This document shows positions 36,234 through 46,469 of a stretch of DNA of 51,256 nt, piece by piece; the first letter of the stretch is position 1, and each line of letters begins with the position of its first letter. Source of the stretch: Prorocentrum cordatum (taxonomy: Eukaryota). A model generated the notes under the pieces. That model had not been told where the DNA came from. It did no database searches and worked only from the letters and a program-made list of their open reading frames with translations. The DNA lies in NCBI GenBank assembly GCA_963575745.1, contig CAUYUJ010000059.1, positions 620,001-671,256 of the forward strand, given 5' to 3'. A program made the position numbers and the translations under genes.

Positions 36234-37881
36234 CCTCCTCCTCCTCCTCCTCCTCCTCCTCCTCCTCCTCCTCCTCCTCCTCCTCCTCCTCCTCCTCCTC
36301 CTCCTCCTCCTCCTGTAGCTGCGCGAAGATGTTGTGCAGGCTGTGCTCGAGGGCAGCCGTGTCATCATGCGTCTTGGGGTCCCGCCGTAGTAGTTGAAGA
36401 CGTAGGTGCGTTTCGCGGGATCCATGCGGAACTCTTTGACGTTGGGGTTCATGGTGTCGTCGTTGGCGAGGTGGATGATTTGCTCGTCTTCCAGTCTGAG
36501 ATCAATGCGGTCATCATCGGCGTCGATGAAGGTGACGGCCGCGATACGCGCGGCCTTGTGGTGGGCCTCCAGCTGGCTCTCGCCTCTGTGTCGTAACCAT
36601 TTCCCTCGACCCCAGGCCGGGCCTTGCGCTGAAAGCGGGAGCGTTAGTGGCAGAGGCCCCTCGGCGAGGCAGGTGGCCCCTTGGGCTTCTCGGCCATCGA
36701 GGGCGCTGTCGTTGACGAAGGGGTTGGCGGCGTTGAAGCTGGCGGCGTTGCCGCTGGCGGCGTCGTCGCTGTGGCGCCCGTCGAGATTGGCGGGGTTGAG
36801 GCTGGAGTCGCCGTTGCAGGCGCTGTAGCTGCGGTGGTGAAGCCTTCACGGGTGCAGTTCTGTTGCTGAGGATTTCGCGACGGATCCAGCCATGGGGACA
36901 GGAGAGGGGTCCTTGGCGACATAGCCCGAAGGGCTAGGTGGAGGGGCCGCCCAGAAAATCCCTTGGGGGGATACCCATCTTAACGTGCTTTTCAGGGCCA
37001 ATGCCTGGGTCTACTCTGGGATGGAGCGCCCACGGGGGCACATCCTCGAACTCGTTCTGGTAGCCTTATTGGCTCTCGTATTGGTAGTCGTGGTAGTTGG
37101 CGTAGCCGTGATGGTTGTCATACTGGACGCCGCGTTGGTAGCCGCAATTGCTGTCGTACTGGACATACTCGTGCTTCAGGGCGGGTTCCAGGATGTTCGT
37201 GACGACATCGGGGACAGACTCCGGCGCAACCCTGTTGAGGTTGTTGGTCTCTTGCATGTTGCGCGTGCTGTTGCTCATGTTGGGGTGGTCGTCAGGCTCT
37301 GACGGCGGGCACGTCGTCTGTGCCGGCCTGCGCCCGACGAGGGCAGCTACGGTGTCCTTGGTGTCCGGTGCGAGTCCTCCTTGCGCGCTGCGTATGCGAG
37401 TCGGCGCATGGCCGAGGCTCCGGGTTCGTGTACTCCCTGTTGAGGGGGGCGATGATCTCCACGTACACGCCGGTCGTTGAAAGTTGGTATTCTTGGATTC
37501 CCAGATCCCAGTCTACTTCAAGCGCCTTCCTACTTCGAGAATCGACATGCTGTTGCTGTGTGTTGTTATTCTCTGGGAGGACCTGGACCCAATCCACTAG
37601 ATCCGCCTTCCTGCTTCATGTCTCTGCCTACTTCTTCCGACCGACGTGTACCCGTGGGCCTCCGCGAGTGCGGGTAAAAAGTTCAGCGGCAAGCCGGCGA
37701 TCTCGTTGCACACGTCGGCCTCAAGGAGCTCGGGGACGGTGTTGGCGCTAACGGTGGAACGGAACGGAAGTCTGCGTGCCAGCTCCGGTAACCGGAGCGG
37801 TCCCCTAGGGGGCAGACCGTGCGCTGAGCATGCCGGAAAATGAATGTCGGCAACGAGCACACGCAGGAAAATGCGATTCAT
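35940..37881 (-). pseudogene. ~2 kb intronless decayed ORF of unknown family, antisense within VAMP7 intron
   Basis: Consecutive minus-strand segments with strong C/G third-position bias separated by a few stops or frameshifts, e.g. ELLEADVCNEIAGLPLNFLPALAEAHGY, RKALEVDWDLGIQEYQLSTTGVYVEIIAP, AVTFIDADDDRIDLRLEDEQIIHLANDDTMNPNVKEFRMDPAKRTYVFNYYGG. Interrupted by (CCT)n at 36190-36313. Confidence 0.55.
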
Positions 37882-37979
37882 AATTCCCCATCCCCAAGCA
37901 TCGCTTCACCGATCCCCATCCCCATCCCCGTCCCCTTCGAGACCCCCCCCAGATTACGCCCCCCGTTGGGGATCCGCCC

Positions 37980-38522
37980 CCTCCCCCTCCCCCTCCCCCT
38001 CCTCCTCCTCCTCCTCCTCCTCCTCCTCCTCCTCCTCCTCCTCCTCCACCTCCTCCTCCTCCTCCTCCTCCTCCTCCTCCTCCTCCTTCCTCCTCCCTCC
38101 TCCTCCTCCTCCTCCTCCTCCTCCTCCTCCTCCTCCTCTCTCCTCTCGAAAATCCGAAGGATGCGGCGGGGGCGCCGCGCATGGCCACCCGCCCCCGCTC
38201 AGACCCCCCCCCCTGCCCCTTCGGAGGGGGCCCGGGCGAGGGGGCCCCCTCGCCCGCGAGAGGCGGCGGCTCCTCCTCCTCCTCCTGCCTCCTCCTCCTG
38301 CTCCTCCTCCGCCTCCTCCTCCTCCTCCTCCTCCTCCGCCTCCTCCTCCTCCTCCTCCGCCTACCCCCCCCTCCTCCTCCTCCTCCTCCCCTCCTCCTCC
38401 TCCTCCTCCATCCTCCGCCTCCTCCTCCTCCCCTCCTCCTCCGCCTCCTCCTCCTCCTCCTCCTCCTCCTCCTCCTCCTCCTCCTCCTCCTCCTCCTCCT
38501 CCTCCTCCTCCTCCTCCTCCTC
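37980..38522. repeat. (CCT)n-rich tracts
   Basis: Directly visible. Confidence 0.95.
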
Positions 38523-38727
38523 CCGATGGCCAGCATTGGCCACCAGAGATGGAAAGAGATCGCTGAGCACAGCAGAGAGCAAGAACCCTCCCATCGGAGC
38601 CGCATCGGCCGAGCATGCCAGGGACACTGGGGCCACCCCGCTCCCCCCGAGGCCTCCCCCCGCTCCTCCTGGTGCCCCAGACCCTGAGCCCGAGCTCCAC
38701 CGATGGGAATATATATATATATATATA

Positions 38728-39460
38728 GACGGGTTCCATATGTGCAGCCTGTGCCGGGTGAGAGCCAAGTCTGAGCATCAGTATTTCAGGCGCCTCTCAG
38801 ACAAGTGCCCTGGAGATTGCGCAGGCCTCGCCTCGCTGGCGCACAGCCCCAGAGGTCACCAGCTTTTGATTTTCGAATATGAGCTCAATTCGAGCACGTT
38901 GATTTTATGCCGTTCCTGTGGGTCCTATTCGGAAACGGGCACCAGGGGCCGACTGTTCCAAGAGTGCCCAAAAGTTCCGAGGGCGAACGATGCTCGAATC
39001 CAGCTCTCCAGAGCGCCGGAGCTCAGACACCCCAAGAGAGGCAGAGCTCACGTTTTCAAGCATCCAGTCCCGCTCGAACAGTTTTACCACGAAGCAGTGG
39101 CTGCAGCTCAGGCTGCCGACAGTGGAGACCTTTAGGCCCACACCAGGGGCGAGGCTCTGCCACCGTCCAGGCGTTGGTTACACCTGGGGTCGGCGGAGCC
39201 TCGTCGTCCTGGCGCCGCCCCGTGTCTATCTTCTGCATGTGCGTGCGTGTGTGCGTGCCAGCACGCGTGTCAGGCACCCCGCATCAGGGGGAAGGCGCGC
39301 TCGCACCAGGGTCCCAGTGCCCTCTTGTTGTTTCAGCGTCGGCAGCGCTCTGCCGTCTATGCGGCTCATGGTTTCATCCTCGGCCGCAGTGGATAACATG
39401 GTGGCTCAGCGCCACGAGGTTTTGGGTTAGGGTCGGGTCGGCCAACCCTTAGCCTCCCCT
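38728..39460 (+). mobile_element. 5'-truncated LINE 3' end (Cys/His zinc-finger-like C-terminus plus 3' UTR)
   Basis: Begins right after (TA)n 38709-38727. Open frame CSLCRV...KCPG...HQLL...LILCRSCGSY...RLFQECP...RHP ending at stop 39135. Imperfect hairpin ggttaggg...cccttagcc near 39426-39454. Confidence 0.65.
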
Positions 39461-39477
39461 CATCAGCCAAGTCATGG

Positions 39478-39760
39478 TCCTCCTCCTCCGCCTCCTCCTC
39501 CGCCGCCTCCCCCTTCTCCTCCGCCTCCTCCTCCTCCGCCTCCTCCTCCTCCTCCGCCTTCCTCCTCCTCCTCCTTCCCTCCTTCTCCTCCTCCTCCTGC
39601 TCCTCCTCAGCCTCCTCCTCCCCTCCTCCTCCTCCTCCTCCTCCTCCGCCTCCTCCTCCTCCTCCGCATCCTCCTCATCCTCCTCCGCCTCATCCTCCTC
39701 CTCCTCGGCCTCCTCCTCCTTCCTTCGCCTCTTCCTCTGCCTCATCCTCATCCTCCTCCT
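39478..39760. repeat. (CCT)n tract immediately 5' of a VAMP7 acceptor
   Basis: Directly visible. Confidence 0.95.
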
Positions 39761-39786
39761 GGGTCCTCTTTCCCCCCCGCGCCCAG

Positions 39787-39886
39787 AACTGCTGGTGGAC
39801 CGCTCCGAGGTGCTCTCCTCCTCCTCGCGGTCCTTCCGCGCGGCGGCGCAGGACGGGCGGCGCCGGCAGCGGTGGCGGCACGCGAG
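39787..39886 (+). CDS. VAMP7: VAMP7-like R-SNARE exon (C-terminal half of SNARE motif, juxtamembrane region)
   Basis: CAG acceptor, inferred GA donor 39887-39888. Reads (E)LLVDRSEVLSSSSRSFRAAAQDGRRRQRWRHA(R), compared with consensus ELLVDKT..L...S..F......RR.MWW.N. Confidence 0.85.
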
Positions 39887-40329
39887 GACTGGAGCGGCCT
39901 GCCACCCCCCCTTCGACGACGAGGCCATCAGCGACAGCGTCAAGGAAGAGGAGGAGGAGGAGGAGGAGGAGGAGGAGGGGCAAGGTTCGGGCGGATATGC
40001 TCAAGGGGGGGCAATTTCGACGTTCGAAGTCTGAGGTTTTCTGACTTACCGGCGCTCGGCGGCTTTCCAGCCTCGGGTGCTCTTCAGCGGCTGCGCCTCG
40101 TCGAGATCGTCCCGAAAGGCCGCCGGAGAGGCGAGTTAGGGGGGGAGTGAGAAGGAGAAGGCCCCCTCAGAAAGCGGCGGGGCTTCTCAGAAGCCCTCGC
40201 GCCTTCTGAGAAGTTTTCTGCGCCTTCGGGGAAGGTCTGGAAAACTTTTTCAGAAGGCAGGGGACTTCCGAGCCTTCTGAGAAGGCCCGCCCCCTCTCGC
40301 TTCCTCCCTGGGCTGGCCGCCGAGCTAAT

Positions 40330-40512
40330 GGGGGATAGGCTCAGGGGGGGATGCATCGACCGCAATCGCCGATCCGTCGCCGAGAGGGGCTCCAACAGCC
40401 CGCCCCGTCCAGAGACGCGTGGATTCGCTGTCGGGTGGGACCTGCCGCCGACCAATGTGCGATGTATCTCCAGTTCCAGCTCGATACGTTCCGCCCTGAG
40501 CCAGCCCCCCCC
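40330..40512. mobile_element. MITE-like element with ~32-bp imperfect TIRs
   Basis: Left gggggataggctcagggggggatgcatcgacc versus reverse complement of right ggggggctggctcagggcggaacgtatcgagc. Confidence 0.6.
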
Positions 40513-41187
40513 GAACGTTCCTCCTCAGGCAGGGTAAACCTAGGATGCGTCGGCGATGCTGCAATACACCCTCCTGTCCCGAAGCCCCTCCTCGTACCCC
40601 TCATGAAAGACAAGCACAGTTGGGCCTACCATTTTGGCGACGGCCCCGCTTCGAAAGAAATTGCCTTGCATCTCTCTGACATGCAATCAGGGGAGCGACA
40701 CAATGTGATCATGCAGTTCAACGGGGTATCCAACAAGATCCCCCTTTCGAGGAAGGACCGCCCCCCTCCCCCATCCGGGACAGTTCCATTTCAAAACAAG
40801 AGCCGCCCTGGATCCAGCCAGCGCCAGGAGCGGCAGGAGGAGCAGGAGGGAGCAGAGTAAACCCGAGATGCATCAGGAATGCTGCAATGTTCCTGCCCGT
40901 CCCAACTCCCCTCCTCATGAGTGCCTACCAGTATCCTTGGTCGTTGCGGGAAATGCCCCTGTTGATAAACGAGCGCCCCATGGTCTTGCCATTCAGGCGA
41001 GAGCCCCGTTTTGAACAGAAGTTGCCATCCATGTTTCTAGCTGAAAAGACGGCGACGAGGTAGGATCAGAAAACGTAAGGAAGCGTCAAGCGATCACCCC
41101 GCTTTGAAAAAGATTCGTCCGCCCGTACAACCTCAGGAAGTGTGATGCGAGAGCCCCGATTTGAAAAAGATCCGTCCTCAATCCATG

Positions 41188-42290
41188 AATCCCACCAGCC
41201 CTTTAGGGCGTAGGTGGTCTAGAGCGTCTCCTCTGCCAACCCCCTTCTTTCCCTTCGGGGAGGGGTTTACCCCTCCCCTTTACCCCTCCCCACCGACCTG
41301 GACGAGGGGTTCCGCGGGTCGTTGGGACGTCCAAGATGGCCCAAGACGACTCCAAGAGCGAAAAAAACGAAAAAGCACAAAACATTGATTTTCCGAAGGT
41401 TTTGGAAGGATTTTGGCCTCTGGGGGGGGGGCCCAAGAGGCGATTCGAGGCACTCTAGAGGGGCAAGGCTAATATACGACCACCCCGTCTTTGATAGATC
41501 TCCTCCAACATGGCCCCAAGAGCGCCCCGAAGGCCCTCAAGAGCGCCAAAAGAGCGCCCCAAGAGGGCCCCAAGAGGCCCCAAGAGGCCCCCAAGAGGCC
41601 TTCAAGAAGCTCCCAAGAGACCCCCAAGAGGCTCCCAAGACGGCTCGAAGAGCGAAAAAGCGAAAAAGCACAAAACATTGATTTTCCTTAGGTTTTGGAA
41701 GGATGTTGGCCTCTTGGGGGGGGGGCCTAGAGGCGATTCGAGGCACTCTAGAGGGGCACCGCTAATATACGACCCCCCCTTATATGATAGATCTCCTCCA
41801 AGATGGCCCCAAGAGCGCCCCGAAGGCTCCCAAGAGTGCCCCAAGAGCGCCCCAAGAGAGCCCCAAGAGGCCCCAAGAGGCCCCCAAGAGGTTTCCAAGA
41901 GGCTCCCAAGAGACCCCCAAGAGGCCCCAAGAGGCTCCCAAGATAGCCCAAGACGGCTCCAAGAGCGAACCAAGCGAAAAAGCACAAAACATTGATTTTC
42001 TCTTGGTTTTGGAAGGATTTTGGCTTCAAGAAGGGCCTCAGAGGCGATTCGAGGCACTCTAGAGGGGCAGCGCTGATATACGACCCCCCCTTCTTTGATA
42101 GATCTCCTCCAACATGGCCCCAAGAGCACCCCGAAGGCTCCCAAGAGCGCCAAAAGAGCGCCCCAAGAGGCCTCCGAGAGGCCCCCAAGAGACCCCCAAG
42201 AGGCCACAAGAGGCTCCCCGACATACGCAAGAGGCCCTCGGGACCGCCAAGAGGCCCCAAAGACGGCCCAAGAGGCCCCCAAGCTCGCCA
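41188..42290. repeat. (CCCCAAGAG)-based composite repeat with ~290-315 bp higher-order units
   Basis: Conserved block aaaagcacaaaacattgattttc...ttttggaagga...ggcgattcgaggcactctagagggg...atatacgac...tgatagatctcctcc occurs three times (~41371, ~41664, ~41978), separated by variable ccccaagag runs. Confidence 0.9.
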
Positions 42291-42292
42291 TT

Positions 42293-42473
42293 GTCCTCCT
42301 CCTCCTCCTCCTCCTCCTCCTCCTCCTCCTCCTCCTCCTCCTCTTTTTCTTCCTCCTCCCTCCACCCCCTTCCCCTCCTCCTCCTCCTTCTCCTCCTTCT
42401 CCTTTTCCTCCTTCTCGTCCTCCTCGTACTCGCAGTCCTCCATCTCCTTCTCCTCATCTTCCTCCTCCTCCTC

Positions 42474-42504
<31 letters not shown>

Positions 42505-42560
42505 TGCTCCTGCTCCTCTTCCTCCTCCTACTCCGACGACGACGACTCCTCCTTCATCCT
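42293..42560. repeat. (CCT)n tract
   Basis: Directly visible. Confidence 0.95.
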
Positions 42561-42749
42561 CCCCATCTTGGGGTATAGGGCGGCTCACCCCGCCCTTTGT
42601 TTTTCTGCATGCTCCCCCGCTTCCCTCATAATCTCCACTCCCCTGGGACTCATTTCTGGACGGGCTGGTGGGGATATATTTTTTGGTCGCGGCCGCGCAG
42701 CAGAGGGCAGGCGGCGAAAGGGAGTCCGGGGCAACGGGCAAGCCTAATT

Positions 42750-44950
42750 AGCTACTAGGCGCAGCGCAAGCCGGTCGGGCCAGCTCACAGAGGCAGCAGC
42801 TGCAGGCAGCGGCGGCAGGGGGCTGACTGGCTGAACTGCAACGCCCAGGGAAGCTCAAGCAACATGCAGACCTGTGGCAAAGTGCCTGGGAATTCCAAAC
42901 TGAACGCCGCGGCGCCAGTCCACCACGGTGTAGGTGCCATGCCGAGTCAGAGAGAGTCCTGCACGTACTATCCGCGCAAACACTGTAGCAAGTGAAGGCC
43001 ATGTACAAACTGGTCGTGTCGCCAGAGGGCGCCAAGGGCCAGGGCCGTGTCGACGGCGTAGACCTGCCTGGTAGGCTGGGACGGGTCGTGGATGGAAGCA
43101 CAGCGTCTGCAGGAAGGCTGGACCACTCCGCGACGCCACACAAGTCTCCTGTGGTGGACGCCAGTCCCGAGCAAGTAGCATGGACCCAGCCCGGAAGGCG
43201 ACAGCACCTGAGGGTCTGGCCCAGGGTCACGACGTGAGCGCCGTAGAGAACCGCGTATTGCGCAGAGAACAAGCTTGATTGGCGGGAATGAACGTCGCCA
43301 GTGCGGCAGGGAGGGTGGACACCAGGGGACGACAGCGCCAGGGGCGATCACCCACATTACGCTGCGGGGCCACGGGGTCCTGGCAAGCCGCCCTGCCCGT
43401 GTGGGACCGTCCTGTGGTGGGGGCGGTGGGTACTGACATCACCAGCCGGCCACGTGGAGGGGCCCGCCTGGGACTCCCGGTGCCAGGGGGACAGTCGGTG
43501 GCACGGCGAGCGGGGGCAAGCCCGCGCGGACGTGTGGCCGGGGGCAGTCCCGTCCTTGTCTCCCGGAGAAGTGGCGGAGCCATGGCGTCCGTAGGAGAGG
43601 GGAGATGGAGAGAGGCGGCAACCAGGGAGCGGCTGACGGCCGCACGGATTCGTATGGAAGTCCACGTCCAATGGAGCGCGCGGGTGCATTACTAGCTCGG
43701 AGAGGTGGGACTGGGCGGTGAACCGATGCTCAGAGCCTGCCACCCACTGTGTCAGGGCTGTGCTGCCCCCGAGCATCCCCTCTCCAGGACGCTGTATGAG
43801 CTGAGCTTCCCATCGGGCAACTCTGTCTACTGTCGTCCTGCGGGTCCCCGTGTCGGTGGCCTGCCAGCAGCACTGTACCTGTTACTGATGCCCATGTTAC
43901 CAGGGGTGCAGCTGACGGCTGCCAGAGTTTTAACATAAGCCAGGGAGCAGCTGACGGGTGCCACAAGAGAGTACTGGGACGTTCCCCGGAAGCTGCCGCG
44001 CTCAGGCCTTGTTCGTGGGCCCGTCTGCAGCGCCAGGGAGCTGCCCCACGCATGACACGCGGCCGTCCGACTGCGGGGGTCTGCTGGGATCCCAACAGGC
44101 ACCGATGGTGTGGTCAGCCTTCGGACGAGTGCTGGACCCTACCCGTGCCTGTTCCTTGGCAGGGGGAGTGTCGGCCTCTTCGGATCCGCTCGAGAGGAGC
44201 TGCCAAGGGTGCGGCTGACGGCCGCCTGCATTCTTCTAACTAGCTGCTGCCAGGGTGGCCATAGGCCTCTACAGTCACGAGTCCGGGGCACAAGGGGGGT
44301 GAGACATGCCGGGCGCCGGGGAGCAGACACCGCCCGGGCGCCCGAAAGCTGTTGCGTGTGGGCTGCGGCGTCCGTGCGTCGTCCACTCGCATCGAACCAG
44401 CCGAGGCTGTCTAGCTATGCTGCGCCAGAGGGGGGGGGGGCGGCCGCCTGCCCCAGCGATAGGCAGCCCCGAGGTATTACGGCCGACGGGCCGGGCGCAG
44501 CGAGGTGAAACGGGCCCTATGGCGGGCCAGCGCACGCTGACAAGGGGAGCAGATGCGCCGCAAGCCATTGTGCGCGGAGCGGGGGGGGAGTGGGTATGGT
44601 GTATAGCCGTCGTCAGCTCCAGTGGCGGCAGGGGGCCTCGGAGGCTGTCGTCTTGTTGGCCACCGTCTTCCGCCAGAGTCTGCTGCAATGCAGCGACTGA
44701 CCCCTCAAGTGGCTGCTGTGTTGCTTCATGCCCACCAGCGACCTCTCTTCTCGGAGTCGCGGTGGTCGTCTCGCTGGGGGGAGCGTTTGCCCCCACCTTT
44801 CCATTCGGTGTCGCCCCATGTGGGGTCGACTTCGCCCCATGTTGACCAGCCCTGCCAGCCGTGCCGTTGGTCGGAGCGGCCCGTGGGACTGTTCACTGTC
44901 CAGGGGGCCTGGGCATCTTGGCGTCCGTCCCTGCGGGTCTCTGTTGACCA
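42750..44950 (+). mobile_element. Decayed LINE 3' portion (post-RT region, RNase H, Cys tail)
   Basis: PLCQGCAAPE...RTLYE (~43745-43800), AREEL and ILLTSC RH-like pieces (~44190-44250), WVWC...RRLSSC tail (~44590-44660) in the order expected for a C-terminal-RH LINE. Heavily frameshifted. Confidence 0.45.
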
Positions 44951-45289
44951 GGGAGCCTGCGAGCCCCGGCTGGGGGGTGGGGGGGGTCCGAGGGCATTTG
45001 GAGCTGTTTTGTGGCCGTTTTGGGGCTTCTCGGAGGCATGTCCGAGATTAGCATGAACAAGATTCGGCTACCCAGGCAAGTATTGCAGCATCGGAGGCAC
45101 CCCTGGCGCTACCTGGAGCCAGCCATGCAGGACGCTCTGACAGCCCCACCCGCCCGCCCGTTCAGGCCCAGGGGACGGGGCAAGTGGAGTGGTGAACTTC
45201 CTCCTCGGATAGGGGAAAGGGCTTCGAGAGAGGGATCCACAAAAATCGATACATCATTTGCGCCCGCGCCCGAGGGATTGGTGGGATTA

Positions 45290-45860
45290 GAAGGAGAGGG
45301 AGGAGAGAGGGACGAAGAGGAAGGAGAAGGCGGAGGAGAAGGAGGAGAGCAGAAGGAGAGGGAGGATAAGGAGGAAAAGGAGGTAGAGGGGTGGGCGGGG
45401 GAGGGGAGGGAGCGAGCGAGGATGGAGGGATGGACAGGACGTAGATTGAGGAGGAGGAGGAGGAGGGATAGCATGAGCGTGTTCCTCATGCTCCTCCCGA
45501 TCCGCCGCTGCTGGTTCCTCCTCCTCATCCTCCTCATCCTTGTCCTCCTCATCATCATCCTCCTTCTCAGCCTTAGCCTCATAGTTTCCCGCGCCATCCA
45601 CATGGCCACCATCCCACATCGCCCTACTCATGGATTAATCCTCGTGCCCCCTTCTCATCCTCCTCCTCGTGATCCGTCCCGTGTTTCTGCACATGTGTTT
45701 CTTCTTCCTCGTCCTCCGCCTCATCTTCCGCTCCTCATCGTATCTACTCCTCCGCCGCCGCCGCCGCCGCCATCGCACCCCTATTGTTCCCCTACTGCCC
45801 TCATCACGCATGCCTTTATTATCCACACCCTTCTATTCCTTCTTCTCCCCCCTCTCCGTG
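45290..45860. repeat. (GGA)-rich tract followed by (CCT/CAT)-rich tract upstream of the last VAMP7 exon
   Basis: Purine-rich 45290-45470; pyrimidine-rich 45480-45860. Confidence 0.8.
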
Positions 45861-45868
45861 CTCTCCAG

Positions 45869-46184
45869 GACCATGGTGTGCGTCGGGGCTGTGGTCATCC
45901 TCGTCGTCCTCGTCCTCGTTGTGCTGGACTGCGGCATCACGCTCAAACAGTGTATCCAGCGAGCCCGACGGCGCCGCCGACCCATCCTTCTGAGATTCCG
46001 TGTGCGTCGCATCCCCCTCTCTTTCCCCCTCGTACGATTGGACGAGCTCTACAACAAAGCAGGTCTTCCCTTGTTGCTCACCAAGGCACGTTTGTGCCTT
46101 GGCGGGAGCTGTGGACTTAATTGGACCACCTGCTCGAGGGCCTCCCTCTTGCAGGTGACGATACGGACGCGTCCGCACTACTAG
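45869..46184 (+). CDS. VAMP7: VAMP7-like R-SNARE terminal exon (transmembrane anchor and Cys-x6-Cys tail); true 3' end uncertain
   Basis: Pyrimidine tract and CAG acceptor 45866-45868. Reads (R)TMVCVGAVVILVVLVLVVLDCGITLKQCIQ, like VAMP7 ...CGG.....C. Homology ends about 45959; first in-frame genomic stop is TAG at 46182-46184. Confidence 0.75.
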
Positions 46185-46469
46185 TCTGCCTTCGTCGTCC
46201 CTCCTCTCTCCGCGGCGTGTCTCCACTGCCGCGCCGTCGTGTCACTGCCCCTCCTTCAGCCATCTCCTCCGTATGTTCCATCACCCTCGACAGACCCATC
46301 ATATATCTGTATATATATGTGTATGTATACAAACACGTGGTTATCTTCCTCTGCCTCTCCGTCCTTGCCTCTCTCTCTCTCTCTCTCCCTCTACACACAC
46401 GCGTATATATGTACATCGATGTTATGTTTTAAAGTGTGTGTATATATATATATATATATATGTACAAAA

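Noticed and set aside
40560..40860. KDKHSWAYHFGDG...NKIPL as an exon or gene fragment
   Set aside because: No family recognised, no place for it in the VAMP7 model, and no clear splice context.
41510..42747. Pro/Arg/Lys-rich ORFs (also 47793-49274)
   Set aside because: Translations of CCCCAAGAG and CCT repeats.
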